From: Chloroflexota bacterium
Lineage (GTDB): Bacteria; Chloroflexota; Dehalococcoidia; Lucifugimonadales; UBA3495
DNA length: 64,000 nucleotides
Direction: 5' to 3'
Assembly (NCBI GenBank): GCA_027623675.1
Contig: JAQBVF010000010.1
Span: forward strand, 35,899 to 99,898
Notes under the pieces: generated by a model
What the model saw: the letters and a program-made list of their open reading frames with translations, nothing else
Told to the model about the DNA's origin: nothing
Database searches by the model: none
Made by a program: the position numbers and the translations under genes
Shown: positions 18,340-27,756 of the stretch, piece by piece
Layout of the letters: the number at the start of each line of letters is the position of its first letter
Numbering within the stretch: position 1 is the first letter of the stretch

Positions 18340-19227
18340 TTACAGCGTCTTGTACCAGGCGGCGATCTCTTGGCCGATCAAGTGCGGGTTGTCCTCTTGG
18401 ATGAAATGACGCCCCGGGCCGATGTCCACCGTCTTGAGATTCTTGTAGTTCTGCTTGACCGTATCCACCATGTCCACAGGGAGGATAGCGCCAGGGTCGG
18501 CATGGAACAGCAGCTTGGGGATATCGGATTTCTGGAGCTTGGCTGCGTAGGCGCTTACGATCTCGTGGACGTCGGCCGGCTCACCACCGATGGGGATCTC
18601 GTTGGGCCACCGCCAGAGGGGAAGGCGGGTCGATGGGTCGGTGAACGGCTCGCGGATGGCGTCCATTTCGGCGTCGGTAAGCTGGCGCACGACCATCGCC
18701 GGCACGAGCTTCTCGATGAACATATTTTGGTTCACGATCATCTCCCATCCGGCTTCAGGGGTGCGGAATCCCTGGAAGATCTCCTTCACCTCCGCGGGCA
18801 TCAAATCCATGCTGGGGATGGGCATCAGGACCGCTTCCATGAAGGCGATGCCCTTCACATTGGACTCGTTGCGCATGGCGTAGTGGAAACCCAGCGCCGA
18901 ACCCCAGTCGTGGATCACCAAAGTGACGTTCTTAAGCCCCATGGCTTCAATGAAACCCTCGACGTACTTAACGTGGTCGACGAACCGGTATTCAATGTCG
19001 GGCTTGTCCGATTTACCGAAACCGATGTTGTCCATCGCGATCGCGCGGGCCACGGGAGACACGTGCGGGATGACGTTTCGCCATAGATAGGACGAGGTCG
19101 GCTGGCCGTGGAGGAAGAGCACCGGGTCGCCCGATCCTTCCTCCACGTAGTGAATCTTTGAGCCAAGCACCTCGATGTAGCGCGACTCGAACGGGAACTC
19201 AGCGGATATGGGTTGTTGTGTGGTCAT
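18340..19227 (-). CDS. dhaA: Haloalkane dehalogenase, subfamily HLD-II
   Basis: Collinear with DhaA: LFLHGQPTSSYLW, IHDWGSALG (nucleophile Asp and halide Trp), FMEA (acid Glu), WPNEIPI, HFIQEDNP (base His). Confidence 0.93.
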   Translation of the reverse strand: MTTQQPISAEFPFESRYIEVLGSKIHYVEEGSGDPVLFLHGQPTSSYLWRNVIPHVSPVARAIAMDNIGFGKSDKPDIEYRFVDHVKYVEGFIEAMGLKNVTLVIHDWGSALGFHYAMRNESNVKGIAFMEAVLMPIPSMDLMPAEVKEIFQGFRTPEAGWEMIVNQNMFIEKLVPAMVVRQLTDAEMDAIREPFTDPSTRLPLWRWPNEIPIGGEPADVHEIVSAYAAKLQKSDIPKLLFHADPGAILPVDMVDTVKQNYKNLKTVDIGPGRHFIQEDNPHLIGQEIAAWYKTL

Positions 19228-19376
19228 GTACGACTCCTTGGTTGTTCGCCTTGCGGCTGAATGGTTGCGTTTCGGAGTCCTAGCCCTGTCGCCTGGCGCC
19301 GCTGTGGCGAGGATCGGCTAACATGCTGCACTCCTCTTCGGACTTCCATTACTTTAAGCACGCTGGATAACCGTCT

Positions 19377-19397
19377 CAATTCCCCATGAGGTAATTG
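19377..19397. promoter_or_regulatory. Imperfect palindrome, candidate operator between dhaA and the divergent regulator
   Basis: CAATTCCCC-ATG-AGGTAATTG, 7 of 9 positions dyad-symmetric. Confidence 0.5.
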
Positions 19398-19453
19398 CTT
19401 TCAGCTAGCCCCTGAGCCAAGATGTTGACGACAAGACGCCAAGGTGTGAAGAA

Positions 19454-20263
19454 ATGAGTATCGCAACTCTCAGCCAATCTACGGCCTTTGGACGCCACAT
19501 GAAGCGGTGGCGGCGACAGCGTGGACTGAGCCAACTGGATCTGGCCGTTCGGGCGGAGCTATCCCAGCGCTACGTTTCGTTTATCGAAACAGGCCGGTCG
19601 AGGCCGAGGGCGGATGTGGTCCAAAGAGTGGCCGAGGCGCTGCAGGTCCCACTCAGAGACCGCAACATCATGTTGGAGGCGGCGGGCTTGGCGCCTCACT
19701 ATCCAGAGGTGCCCCTTTCGGATGGCGCCGCCGAACCGTTCCGCAACGCCATCCGGACCATGCTCGAATCGCATGAGCCGTATCCTGCCTACGTCATCAA
19801 CCGGTGGTGGGAGCTGATCGACGCGAATGTGGCGGGTCGCAGAATCTTCCCCGAGACCGGTGACGGCCCGATAAACCTTGTCGACACCATCCTCGCGCCG
19901 GGGCCGACGCGAGAGTTGTTCGACAACTTCTCAGCCGTGGCGCCGGTGTTCCTTCGTCGCATACAGCGGGAAGTGGCAGACTCAGGCCCAGACGAGCGCC
20001 TACAAGCGGTGCTGAAACGGGCGGAAAATTATCTGAAGGATCTCCCGGTCGACACCAACGACGCTGAGGACGACCTGGTCATCTGTCCCCACCTTCGGAT
20101 CGGAGACCAGGTGATCAAGACCGTCTCCATGGTTGCGCGGTTTGGCACGGCGCGAGATGTAACGCTGGATGAGCTTCGGGTGGAGCTAGTATTCCCCAGA
20201 GATCAAGAGGCCGACGCCTTCTTCAGGCAGACCGCTCAAATGGCGCAAGACGCCGCGGACTAA
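19454..20263 (+). CDS. XRE-HTH / MmyB-like ligand-binding transcriptional regulator
   Basis: WRRQRGLSQLDLA...SFIETGRSRP, HEPYPAYVINR, FGTARDVTLDELRVELVFP. Confidence 0.92.
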   Translation: MSIATLSQSTAFGRHMKRWRRQRGLSQLDLAVRAELSQRYVSFIETGRSRPRADVVQRVAEALQVPLRDRNIMLEAAGLAPHYPEVPLSDGAAEPFRNAIRTMLESHEPYPAYVINRWWELIDANVAGRRIFPETGDGPINLVDTILAPGPTRELFDNFSAVAPVFLRRIQREVADSGPDERLQAVLKRAENYLKDLPVDTNDAEDDLVICPHLRIGDQVIKTVSMVARFGTARDVTLDELRVELVFPRDQEADAFFRQTAQMAQDAAD

Positions 20264-20484
20264 GGCCGAAATGCAGAGGCTGAGTTGAGTAGGCAATCAT
20301 GGCTCAGGGGGCTTCTCTACCCGTCCCGATCAAGGACACCCATGTTGCAGTTGCCGGAGGGCCGGCGTGATGAGCGTTTCCGGTTATTTGCTTAGTCCGG
20401 AATGGCTCACCTGAGTAGACGCGAACCCCAGAAGGCAGCAGGCGAGGGCAAAGAGGGGAGAAAAGTTCTGGGTTGTGGCAATGA

Positions 20485-20561
20485 TGGTGGGCCTGGATGG
20501 ACTTGAACCAACGACCTCGGTCTTATCAGGACCGCGCTCTAGCCACCTGAGCTACAGGCCC
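20485..20561 (-). tRNA. tRNA-Ile(GAT)
   Basis: Reverse complement GGGCCTGTAGCTCAGGTGGCTAGAGCGCGGTCCTGATAAGACCGAGGTCGTTGGTTCAAGTCCATCCAGGCCCACCA: 77-nt cloverleaf, anticodon loop CT-GAT-AA, encoded CCA. Confidence 0.97.
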
Positions 20562-20720
20562 ACATAGTGGGGGAGTGGCCGAAGCCACGCTAGGATTATA
20601 ACGACTGGCTGGGTCACGGGCAAGCTGGCATGGGTAGACACTTTTTCGGACCGCTCCCGCCCAACTTGATGCGGTGAGCCGCCCGCCACCGGTCCGTCGT
20701 GTTCGCCGGGGGAACGCCGG

Positions 20721-22007
20721 TTATGCGTCGGGGCCATCTTCTGAATCACGTGAATCGCGGGCATCCCTGGGCGGTTGTGGCCCACGGCGAGGGTGCGTGG
20801 CGTCGGCAGCGGCGGGCGGTTGAGTTGACGCCCTTGGCGCGCCAGTCCGGCCGGTCGCGGAGGTCTGGCCGACCACATCGGACGCGGGGGATTGGCCGTC
20901 GGCCACCTGAGAGCCCCAGCCGTCGGGGAACTGTAAGGTGCGGACCGGGTAGTTGATGACGACACCCTCTTCTCTGAAGCGCCGGTGCAGGTTCTTGATC
21001 AGGGACGATTGCAGATTGAAGCTGGCGATGCGGTCGCGGGCCTGAATGAACAGCCAGAAGTCCACATTGGACTCCCCAAAAGCGTTGAAGGCGAACCACG
21101 ACCCATATTGGCTAACCGCGTTGTTGTCATTGACCAGTAGGTCGTCCATGACCTCCCGTGAGATATTCTCCACCAGGTCCAGGTCGCTGTCATAGCTGAC
21201 ACCGCAGGTCAGGTAGACGTTCACCGCCGGGACCGGCTCCTGGTAGTTGGTGAAGATGGTCTCGGCGAAACGGGCGTTGGGCACCACCACCAGGTTGTTG
21301 CCCCAGGTGCGGATGCGGGTGCTGCGCCAGCCGACCTCCACCACGTACCCGGCCACGCCTCCCTCAAGCTCGATGTAGTCGCCGGTGGAGATGACGCCCT
21401 CGGTCATCACATAGGTGCCGGCGAATAGGTTGGCCAGGGTGGGCTGCAGGGCCAGCGCCACCGCCAGACCGCCGATGCCCAGGCCGGCGATCAGGGGGCT
21501 GATGTTGATCTCCAGCACGTCCAGAACCAGCAGGGCGCCGATGCTGTAGACGAGCAATACTCCGACCCGCCGTAATAGGGGGAACAGGCGCAGGTCCACC
21601 ACGTGCTGGCTGCGGGTGGACAGGATCGCCAGATACCAGTCGATGGCGCTGGAAAGCAGGCCGACGACCACGGTGATACCCACGACGACCCCCAACGCAC
21701 GGGCCACATCGTCGGTCCGGGCTTGCTGGCCGGGGGTCAGGTCGAGGGGAATTGTCAGAGCCAGGTAGCCGCCCAGCACCAGGATTCCGAAGGTGAAGGG
21801 CCAGCGCGCCGACTTGAGCATCCTGGAGTCCAGGTCGGTGGGCGTCCAATTGGTGAAGCGGACCGCGAGAGGAAAAACCAACCGATTGACCACCACCGCC
21901 GCGGCCAGGGTGATGAGGAATAGGACGGCCACGGTGACCGGTTCCAGCCACTGGGGGTCGCCCAGTCCGAATCGGGCAAGTATGGGTGTCACCTTGAGGT
22001 ACGGCAT
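20721..22007 (-). CDS. MscS-family mechanosensitive channel
   Basis: AGLGIGGLAVALALQPTLANLFAG, GWRSTRIRT, VVVPN, VSYDSD. Confidence 0.93.
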   Translation of the reverse strand: MPYLKVTPILARFGLGDPQWLEPVTVAVLFLITLAAAVVVNRLVFPLAVRFTNWTPTDLDSRMLKSARWPFTFGILVLGGYLALTIPLDLTPGQQARTDDVARALGVVVGITVVVGLLSSAIDWYLAILSTRSQHVVDLRLFPLLRRVGVLLVYSIGALLVLDVLEINISPLIAGLGIGGLAVALALQPTLANLFAGTYVMTEGVISTGDYIELEGGVAGYVVEVGWRSTRIRTWGNNLVVVPNARFAETIFTNYQEPVPAVNVYLTCGVSYDSDLDLVENISREVMDDLLVNDNNAVSQYGSWFAFNAFGESNVDFWLFIQARDRIASFNLQSSLIKNLHRRFREEGVVINYPVRTLQFPDGWGSQVADGQSPASDVVGQTSATGRTGAPRASTQPPAAADATHPRRGPQPPRDARDSRDSEDGPDA

Positions 22008-22101
22008 GAAAGGAGGCTACTCATGGCGCTGATCGTGGGAGTCGGGTCCGGGTGGGATGCCCAGGTTTCCAGCGCCGGGAGTATAACATTGTGAGCCAGG
22101 G

Positions 22102-22941
22102 CTACCCGCTATTTTCGCCGGCTCCAGACTCATCCTCCGTCCCAGCGGCCAGGCTTTTTATCCGGTCTAGCAGCAGCGGCAGCAGCTCTCCAGAGGGGCC
22201 GCTGAGGGTGATGTCGCACCAACGGGTGAGGGAGGTTTCCTCGAGGTTTATCTCGATCAGGGACGCGCCCAACTCCCTGGCGACCAGGGGCAGACGCGCC
22301 GCCGGGTTTACCGTGCCCGAGGTGCCGACCAGCAGCATGCAGTCGCAGGTCTCGGCCTGGTAGCGGCAGGACAGCAGCACTTCTTGGGGGATCGGCTCAC
22401 CGAACATCACCGTGTCCATCTTGATCACGCCGCCGCACCGGAGGCACCTGGGCGGCAGGCTGTCGAAGTGGTAGCCGTCCCTGGGTTGGCGGATCCCGCA
22501 GCCGACGCAGCGAAGAATCGTCCGGTTGCCGTGGATCTCCAAAAGGTTGGCGCTGCCTGCCTCGCGGTGGAGGTTGTCCACGTTCTGGGTGATGAGGCTC
22601 TTCAGCAGACCCATCCGTTCCAACTCAACCAGGCTATGGTGCCCCGGATTGGGCTCGGCCTGGTCCACGGCAACCTTCAACTCGTAGACCGGGTCGCCGG
22701 GTTGGTCTTCACTGCGGAACCGGGCCTCCCACCACTCCTGGGGGTCGCGGGTGAACTCTTGGTACGAGAGGTTCGTGGGCTCGCCGTACTTGGTCCAAAG
22801 CCCGCCGGGGCCGCGAAAGGGCGGGATGCCGCTCTCCACGGAAAGCCCGGCGCCGGCCAGGGCCACGGCGTGTTTCGAGCGCAGCAACAGCGCGGCAGCC
22901 TGGCCGATGGAGTCGGAGAGTTGGGGGGAGATATCTACCAT
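22102..22941 (-). CDS. cobB: NAD-dependent protein deacylase (Sir2/CobB family)
   Basis: GAGLSVESGIPPFRG, ITQNVDNLH, EIHG, two CxxC motifs, VGTSG. Confidence 0.92.
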   Translation of the reverse strand: MVDISPQLSDSIGQAAALLLRSKHAVALAGAGLSVESGIPPFRGPGGLWTKYGEPTNLSYQEFTRDPQEWWEARFRSEDQPGDPVYELKVAVDQAEPNPGHHSLVELERMGLLKSLITQNVDNLHREAGSANLLEIHGNRTILRCVGCGIRQPRDGYHFDSLPPRCLRCGGVIKMDTVMFGEPIPQEVLLSCRYQAETCDCMLLVGTSGTVNPAARLPLVARELGASLIEINLEETSLTRWCDITLSGPSGELLPLLLDRIKSLAAGTEDESGAGENSG

Positions 22942-22982
22942 GTTTGGCTGGTTATGTTAAGCACGCCGGAGTGTTGAAGTGG

Positions 22983-23687
22983 CTAGAGGCCGGTTGCGCC
23001 GGCGCCCGGGTCTGCATCGGCGGAGAATGCTTCGCGGCCGATCAGGGGGACGAACCGGCAGGGACCCAGCATCCGCAGGGAAACGCCCTCGCCGGTGCGC
23101 AGAACGCAGACCAATTCCTGCTGTTCCCGGTTGCCCACGGGGACGACCATGCGGCCGCCGACCGTTAGCTGGGATATGAGCGAGGCGGCCAGGCTGGGCG
23201 CGGCGGCAGATACCACGATGGCGTCGTAAGGACCACGTGAGGGGCAGCCCAATTCGTTGGTGGAGCGGGTGGAATGCTCCACGGTGACGTTCTTGTAGCC
23301 CAGGCCCAGCAGGGTCTCCCGTGCCCGTTGCGCCAAGCTCCGGATGATTTCCACGGTGACCACGCTGCCTTGGGGGACCATCTCGGCCAGCACCGCCGCC
23401 TGGTAGCCGGAGCCGGCGCCGACCTCCAAGACGCGGTCGGTCGGCTGCAAACGCAGGGTCTCGGTGATCAGGGCCACGATGTAGGGCTGGGAGATCGTCT
23501 GGCTATGTCCGATGGGCAGGGGTGAGTCCAGATAGGCCCGGTAGCGGTCACACGGAGGCACGAACGCCTCCCGCGGCACCCGCTCCATGGCATCGACAAC
23601 AGCTTTAGACTTGATACTGCGTCTAAGACCGTTGAACAGCTCTCTCCGGTCCGACTTCAGTCTATCTTGTGATTCAAAGTCTCCCAT
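22983..23687 (-). CDS. pcm: Protein-L-isoaspartate O-methyltransferase
   Basis: VPREAF, PIGHSQTISQPY, VLEVGAGSGYQAA, CRFVPLIG. Confidence 0.94.
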   Translation of the reverse strand: MGDFESQDRLKSDRRELFNGLRRSIKSKAVVDAMERVPREAFVPPCDRYRAYLDSPLPIGHSQTISQPYIVALITETLRLQPTDRVLEVGAGSGYQAAVLAEMVPQGSVVTVEIIRSLAQRARETLLGLGYKNVTVEHSTRSTNELGCPSRGPYDAIVVSAAAPSLAASLISQLTVGGRMVVPVGNREQQELVCVLRTGEGVSLRMLGPCRFVPLIGREAFSADADPGAGATGL

Positions 23688-23921
23688 CGAACTCCACCAT
23701 TAAGTCGAATATAACATTACATAACCTGAGCAACAACGATTCCAACAGGATTCCGATAGTGATTCTCGAATCAGACGTTGAAACTCTTAGATATGCGCCG
23801 GTATGCGCCCGTTCCCGGCCTCCCGTTTCCAAAGCCGATTTCGTGCCTGATGCGAGTCTGATTGACTGCCGCAAACCCGTATGCTAGCCTGGCTTAAGTG
23901 AGGTTTTTCGGACCGAGCTTC

Positions 23922-23953
23922 TTATAGATTTTTATAGATTTTTAGGTTACTAT
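23922..23953 (+). promoter_or_regulatory. 10-bp direct repeats over the -35 region plus a -10 box
   Basis: TTATAGATTT-TTATAGATTT-TTAGGT, then TACTAT at 23948-23953, about 50 nt upstream of the HTH gene. Confidence 0.6.
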
Positions 23954-24002
23954 TGGTCCGCAAATCTCTCATTCAGCGATTCATCAACAGGATCGGACCT
24001 TA

Positions 24003-24668
24003 GTGGTAGACATGCAAACTGCCGAGATAGGGGCCGGGGACAGGCCCCAGTGGCTCTCCCTTCGCGAAGCCTGCCGCCAACTAGACGTTAGCGACACCAC
24101 GCTCAGGCAATGGGCTGACAGCGGCTATCTCCGCGTCTACCGCACGCCAGGGGGACACCGCAGGTTCCTCCGCGACGACGTGGAGGCCTTTTCCAACGCC
24201 CCCGAGCAAGCCCAGGATACCGGGCGGGAACACGCCATCGAGGACTCGGCCCTCCGCAGAATCCGCCGCCGCCTCAGCCGCAACGACGTGCTCAAGCAAC
24301 CCTGGTACCAAAGCGTCGAGGAAGAGGGCAAGGTGCGGATGCGGCTGTTTGGACGCCGGTTGCTGTCCCTGCTGCTACAGGAGGCCGGACCCCGCCGCCG
24401 CCGCAAGGAACTGCTGGAGGAGGCGCTCCTGCTGGGCCGGGAATACGGCACCGAGATGTCTGAGCGCGGCACAGGTTTGAAGGACACCGTGGAAGCATTC
24501 GTCTTCTTCAGGACCATCGTTCTGGACTCGACCACTCCCAGCTCCTGGGGCCGCATAATCGAGGCAGCGGACCGGGTTTTGGTCGGCGTGACCGACTCTT
24601 ATGAAAAGTCTTTCGGTGGACCCGTCACGGGACCCATTACGGGACCCATCGATAGATCCAAGAATTAG
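24003..24668 (+). CDS. Excisionase/MerR-like (HTH_17) DNA-binding protein with an all-helical C-terminal domain
   Basis: WLSLREACRQLDVSDTTLRQWADSGYLRVYRTPGGHRRF. First gene of the heme cluster. Confidence 0.85.
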   Translation: MVDMQTAEIGAGDRPQWLSLREACRQLDVSDTTLRQWADSGYLRVYRTPGGHRRFLRDDVEAFSNAPEQAQDTGREHAIEDSALRRIRRRLSRNDVLKQPWYQSVEEEGKVRMRLFGRRLLSLLLQEAGPRRRRKELLEEALLLGREYGTEMSERGTGLKDTVEAFVFFRTIVLDSTTPSSWGRIIEAADRVLVGVTDSYEKSFGGPVTGPITGPIDRSKN

Positions 24669-24744
24669 CCAGATTCGAATAATGGTCAGGGTCTGTAGAT
24701 CTGCCCTGGCCAGATAGACACCACAGGAGGAGTCAAGCACAGCA

Positions 24745-25839
24745 ATGGATATCATCGACCGCAAGCTGTTAAACAAGATTCAAGCGCCTTTCCCCATGGT
24801 CGACCAACCCTATCAGCGATTGGGCGAAGAGGTTGGGGTTAGCGAACAAGAAGTTCTGGACCGTTTGGCCGAACTGAAACGGACCAACGTCCTCCGCCAG
24901 ATCAGCGCCATCTTCGACACACGCCGCCTGGGCTTCAAGACCACTCTGGTGGCCATGGCCTACGAGCCGGAGAAGTTGCACAAAGCAGCGCTTGAGATCA
25001 ACAAACACCCTGGCGTAAGCCATAACTACGCCCGGGAAGGCTCCTACTACAACCTGTGGTTCACCCTGGCTGTGCCCCCCGAACACGACCTGGAGTCCAC
25101 CGCCCGTTACATGGCGGACAAGACCGGCGCCCTGGAACAGCGCATCATGCCAACCAAGCGGTTCTTCAAGATCGGCGTCAACTTCGACATGGTCGAGAAG
25201 AAGGGCTCTTCGTTCAATTTCAGCCCCGACAACGTGACCGCGGACAAGGCCGGCAAACAGGCCGGCGGCGAGATTGCGGCCACCAAAGAGGCCGCCGAAT
25301 CCTGGAACAAGGCTGTTCCGGTGACGGAAGCCGAGAAGGACGCCATCCGCGAGATGCAGGAGGACCTTGCTCTGGTCCCGCGTCCCTACGATGCCTTGGC
25401 CCAGAGACTGGGCATGTCCACCGCCGACCTGTTCGCCCTGGCCCAGGACTTCCAGGACCGGCGGATCATGCGCCGCTACAGCGCCGTGCTGCACCACCGG
25501 CGCTCCGGCTTCAAAGCCAACGCCATGATCGTTTGGAAGGTGCCCGAAGAGCGCTCCGAGGAGGTTGGCCTGACCATGGCCGCCCACAACGCCGTGACCC
25601 ACTGTTACGAGCGGCCCACCTTCCCCGACTGGCCTTACACCCACTTCACCATGGTCCACGCGACCACTCCGGAAGGCTGCGAGGAGATCAACAACGAGAT
25701 CAGCGAGGCCACGGGCATCGACGAACGCCTGGTGCTCTACAGCACCCGGGAGTACAAGAAGACCCGCGTCCGCTATTTCGTGCCCGACTACGACGAGTAC
25801 CAGCAAACGGAACGGCCGGATGTGGTGCCCTCGGCCTGA
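24745..25839 (+). CDS. ahbAB: Siroheme decarboxylase, fused AhbA-AhbB (NirDL-like)
   Basis: Two Lrp/AsnC-like modules: VSHNYAR...NLWFTL and VTHCYERP...WPYTHFTMVH...YSTREYKKT. Tetrapyrrole operon context. Confidence 0.9.
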   Translation: MDIIDRKLLNKIQAPFPMVDQPYQRLGEEVGVSEQEVLDRLAELKRTNVLRQISAIFDTRRLGFKTTLVAMAYEPEKLHKAALEINKHPGVSHNYAREGSYYNLWFTLAVPPEHDLESTARYMADKTGALEQRIMPTKRFFKIGVNFDMVEKKGSSFNFSPDNVTADKAGKQAGGEIAATKEAAESWNKAVPVTEAEKDAIREMQEDLALVPRPYDALAQRLGMSTADLFALAQDFQDRRIMRRYSAVLHHRRSGFKANAMIVWKVPEERSEEVGLTMAAHNAVTHCYERPTFPDWPYTHFTMVHATTPEGCEEINNEISEATGIDERLVLYSTREYKKTRVRYFVPDYDEYQQTERPDVVPSA

Positions 25840-25950
25840 CCACCAGGCCTGGCGATCGGACCAGGCGGATAGACCCGGATTTTCACTAGAATTTCACCGG
25901 AATTTCGATCGAGAAATTTTAGAACACGATAGTTCTACCAAAAAGAGATC

Positions 25951-26721
25951 ATGACAAGTTTTTACCCCGTTTTTCTCAACCTGGAAGGGCGCCGATGCGT
26001 CATCATCGGCGGTGGTCAGATCGCCGAGGGCAAGGTGCTGAAGCTGATTGACTCCGGCGCCAAGATCGTAGTGATCAGCCCCGACGCCACCAAGGGCATT
26101 CAGGACGCCGCCGAACACGGTGACGTTGAACTACACCTGCGCAAGTACCAGGCCGGAGACCTGCACGGCTCGTTCCTGGTCATCGCGGCCACCAACGACC
26201 GGGTGGTCAATCAGGAGATATTTGAAGAAGCGGACAGCCAGGGCATCCTGCTGAACGCGGTGGACGACCCACCCCGCTGCTCATTCATCGCACCGGCGAT
26301 CGTCGAACGCGGACCCGTAACCCTAGCCATCTCCACCGGAGGCGCCAGCCCGGCCCTCGCCCGCAAGCTCAGGGAAACCCTGGACGATTCACCCTCTCTC
26401 GACTGGGCGGATGCCACCAGTGTCCTATCCAGGGCGCGTCAGATAGTGAAAGACAGACGGGCCGTGGTCGACCCCCAGCGCTGGCAGTGCTGCATGAACG
26501 GCCGGCTTCTAGAACTGGCCCAGACCGGCCACGAAGACGAAGCGTTGGCCCAACTCTTGCAAGAGCTGTTGGGTGAAGATTCGGCAGGGAAATGCTCCAA
26601 TATCGGCGAGTGCGTCTCCGGCGGCTGCCAAACGCGGAACGCCAACACCGGCAAGGCCAGCCGGGGCGGCCGGGGCGCCACCGCCAAGAGGGACCGCATG
26701 GCCGAGACTGCGGGGGACTAG
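25951..26721 (+). CDS. sirC: Precorrin-2 dehydrogenase / sirohydrochlorin ferrochelatase (SirC, CysG N-terminal type)
   Basis: YPVFLNL, IIGGGQIA, NAVDDP, AISTGGASPALA. Confidence 0.9.
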   Translation: MTSFYPVFLNLEGRRCVIIGGGQIAEGKVLKLIDSGAKIVVISPDATKGIQDAAEHGDVELHLRKYQAGDLHGSFLVIAATNDRVVNQEIFEEADSQGILLNAVDDPPRCSFIAPAIVERGPVTLAISTGGASPALARKLRETLDDSPSLDWADATSVLSRARQIVKDRRAVVDPQRWQCCMNGRLLELAQTGHEDEALAQLLQELLGEDSAGKCSNIGECVSGGCQTRNANTGKASRGGRGATAKRDRMAETAGD

Positions 26722-26725
26722 AAAA

Positions 26726-27697
26726 TTGTCCCCATCAGATTCGCCCGGTAGCTCGGCCGCCGAATCCGGCAATAAAGTGATAAAGGTTGGCAGCCGGGGC
26801 AGTCGGCTGGCCCTGATTCAAGACGATGTGGTCATCAGCCGCCTCAAGGCCAACAACCCGGAACTGACATTCGAGATCGACACCGTCCGCACCAGGGGAG
26901 ACGCCGACCAGACTTCGCGGCTGGCAGGCATGGGCTTGGGCATATTCGTCAAGGAGCTGGAGCAGGAGCTTCTGGGCGGCAAACTAGACATCGCCGTGCA
27001 TAGCCTGAAGGACATGCCCACGCAGTTGGCCGACGGACTGGTCCTGGGCGCGGTGTTGTCCAGAGAGGATCCCCGCGACGTTCTGGTGAACCGGTTCGGC
27101 TGCGGATTGGAAGACCTGCCCGAGGGCGCAAAGATCGGCACCAGCAGTCCGCGCCGCGCCGCCCAACTGAAGATGTTCGCCCCTCAGGTGGAGGTGGTGT
27201 CCATTCGGGGCAACGTGGAAACGCGGTTACGGAAGGCGGGCGGCGAGGAAGCCGACGGGGCCATCCTGGCGGCCGCTGGCCTGGTCCGGCTGGGACTGCA
27301 GGACCAGGTCACCGAGTACCTCTCGGCACACCGGTTCGTGCCTCCGCCGGGGCAGGGTATCCTGGCCGTGGAAGCCCGGTCCGACGACCGCCGCATGTTG
27401 GAGTATCTAGCGGCCATCGACGACCCGGACACCCGCTACGAGGCTGTCGCCGAAAGAGGCTTTCTGGAAAAGTTGGGCGGCGGATGCAGCGTCCCGGTGG
27501 GCGCCTACGCCCGATGCACCGGCGATGAGATGCTAATGACCATCTTCATTAGCACCGAGGACGGACAGAATAACTTCACCGCCCAGATCGAAGGACCCAA
27601 GAACGACCCAATGGCATTGGCCAACCGCGCCTACGAGAGATTGGCCGAGGGGGGCGGCGCCGAATTGTTGGCCTCCGCCAGAGCCGCCCAAGCGTAA
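26726..27697 (+). CDS. hemC: Hydroxymethylbilane synthase
   Basis: GSRGSRLAL, FVKELE, AVHSLKDMP, GTSSPRR, RGNVETRL, GGCSVP. Start TTG 26726 or GTG 26777. Confidence 0.95.
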   Translation: MSPSDSPGSSAAESGNKVIKVGSRGSRLALIQDDVVISRLKANNPELTFEIDTVRTRGDADQTSRLAGMGLGIFVKELEQELLGGKLDIAVHSLKDMPTQLADGLVLGAVLSREDPRDVLVNRFGCGLEDLPEGAKIGTSSPRRAAQLKMFAPQVEVVSIRGNVETRLRKAGGEEADGAILAAAGLVRLGLQDQVTEYLSAHRFVPPPGQGILAVEARSDDRRMLEYLAAIDDPDTRYEAVAERGFLEKLGGGCSVPVGAYARCTGDEMLMTIFISTEDGQNNFTAQIEGPKNDPMALANRAYERLAEGGGAELLASARAAQA

Positions 27698-27756
27698 TCA
27701 TCTTCCGTCCCCAAGAGCCAATGGGTTCAGGTGAGCGGTTTATTCAGGTGTGACAA

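Noticed and set aside
24003..24668. Prophage excisionase
   Set aside because: No integrase or phage genes nearby; it has an extra domain and heads a biosynthetic operon.
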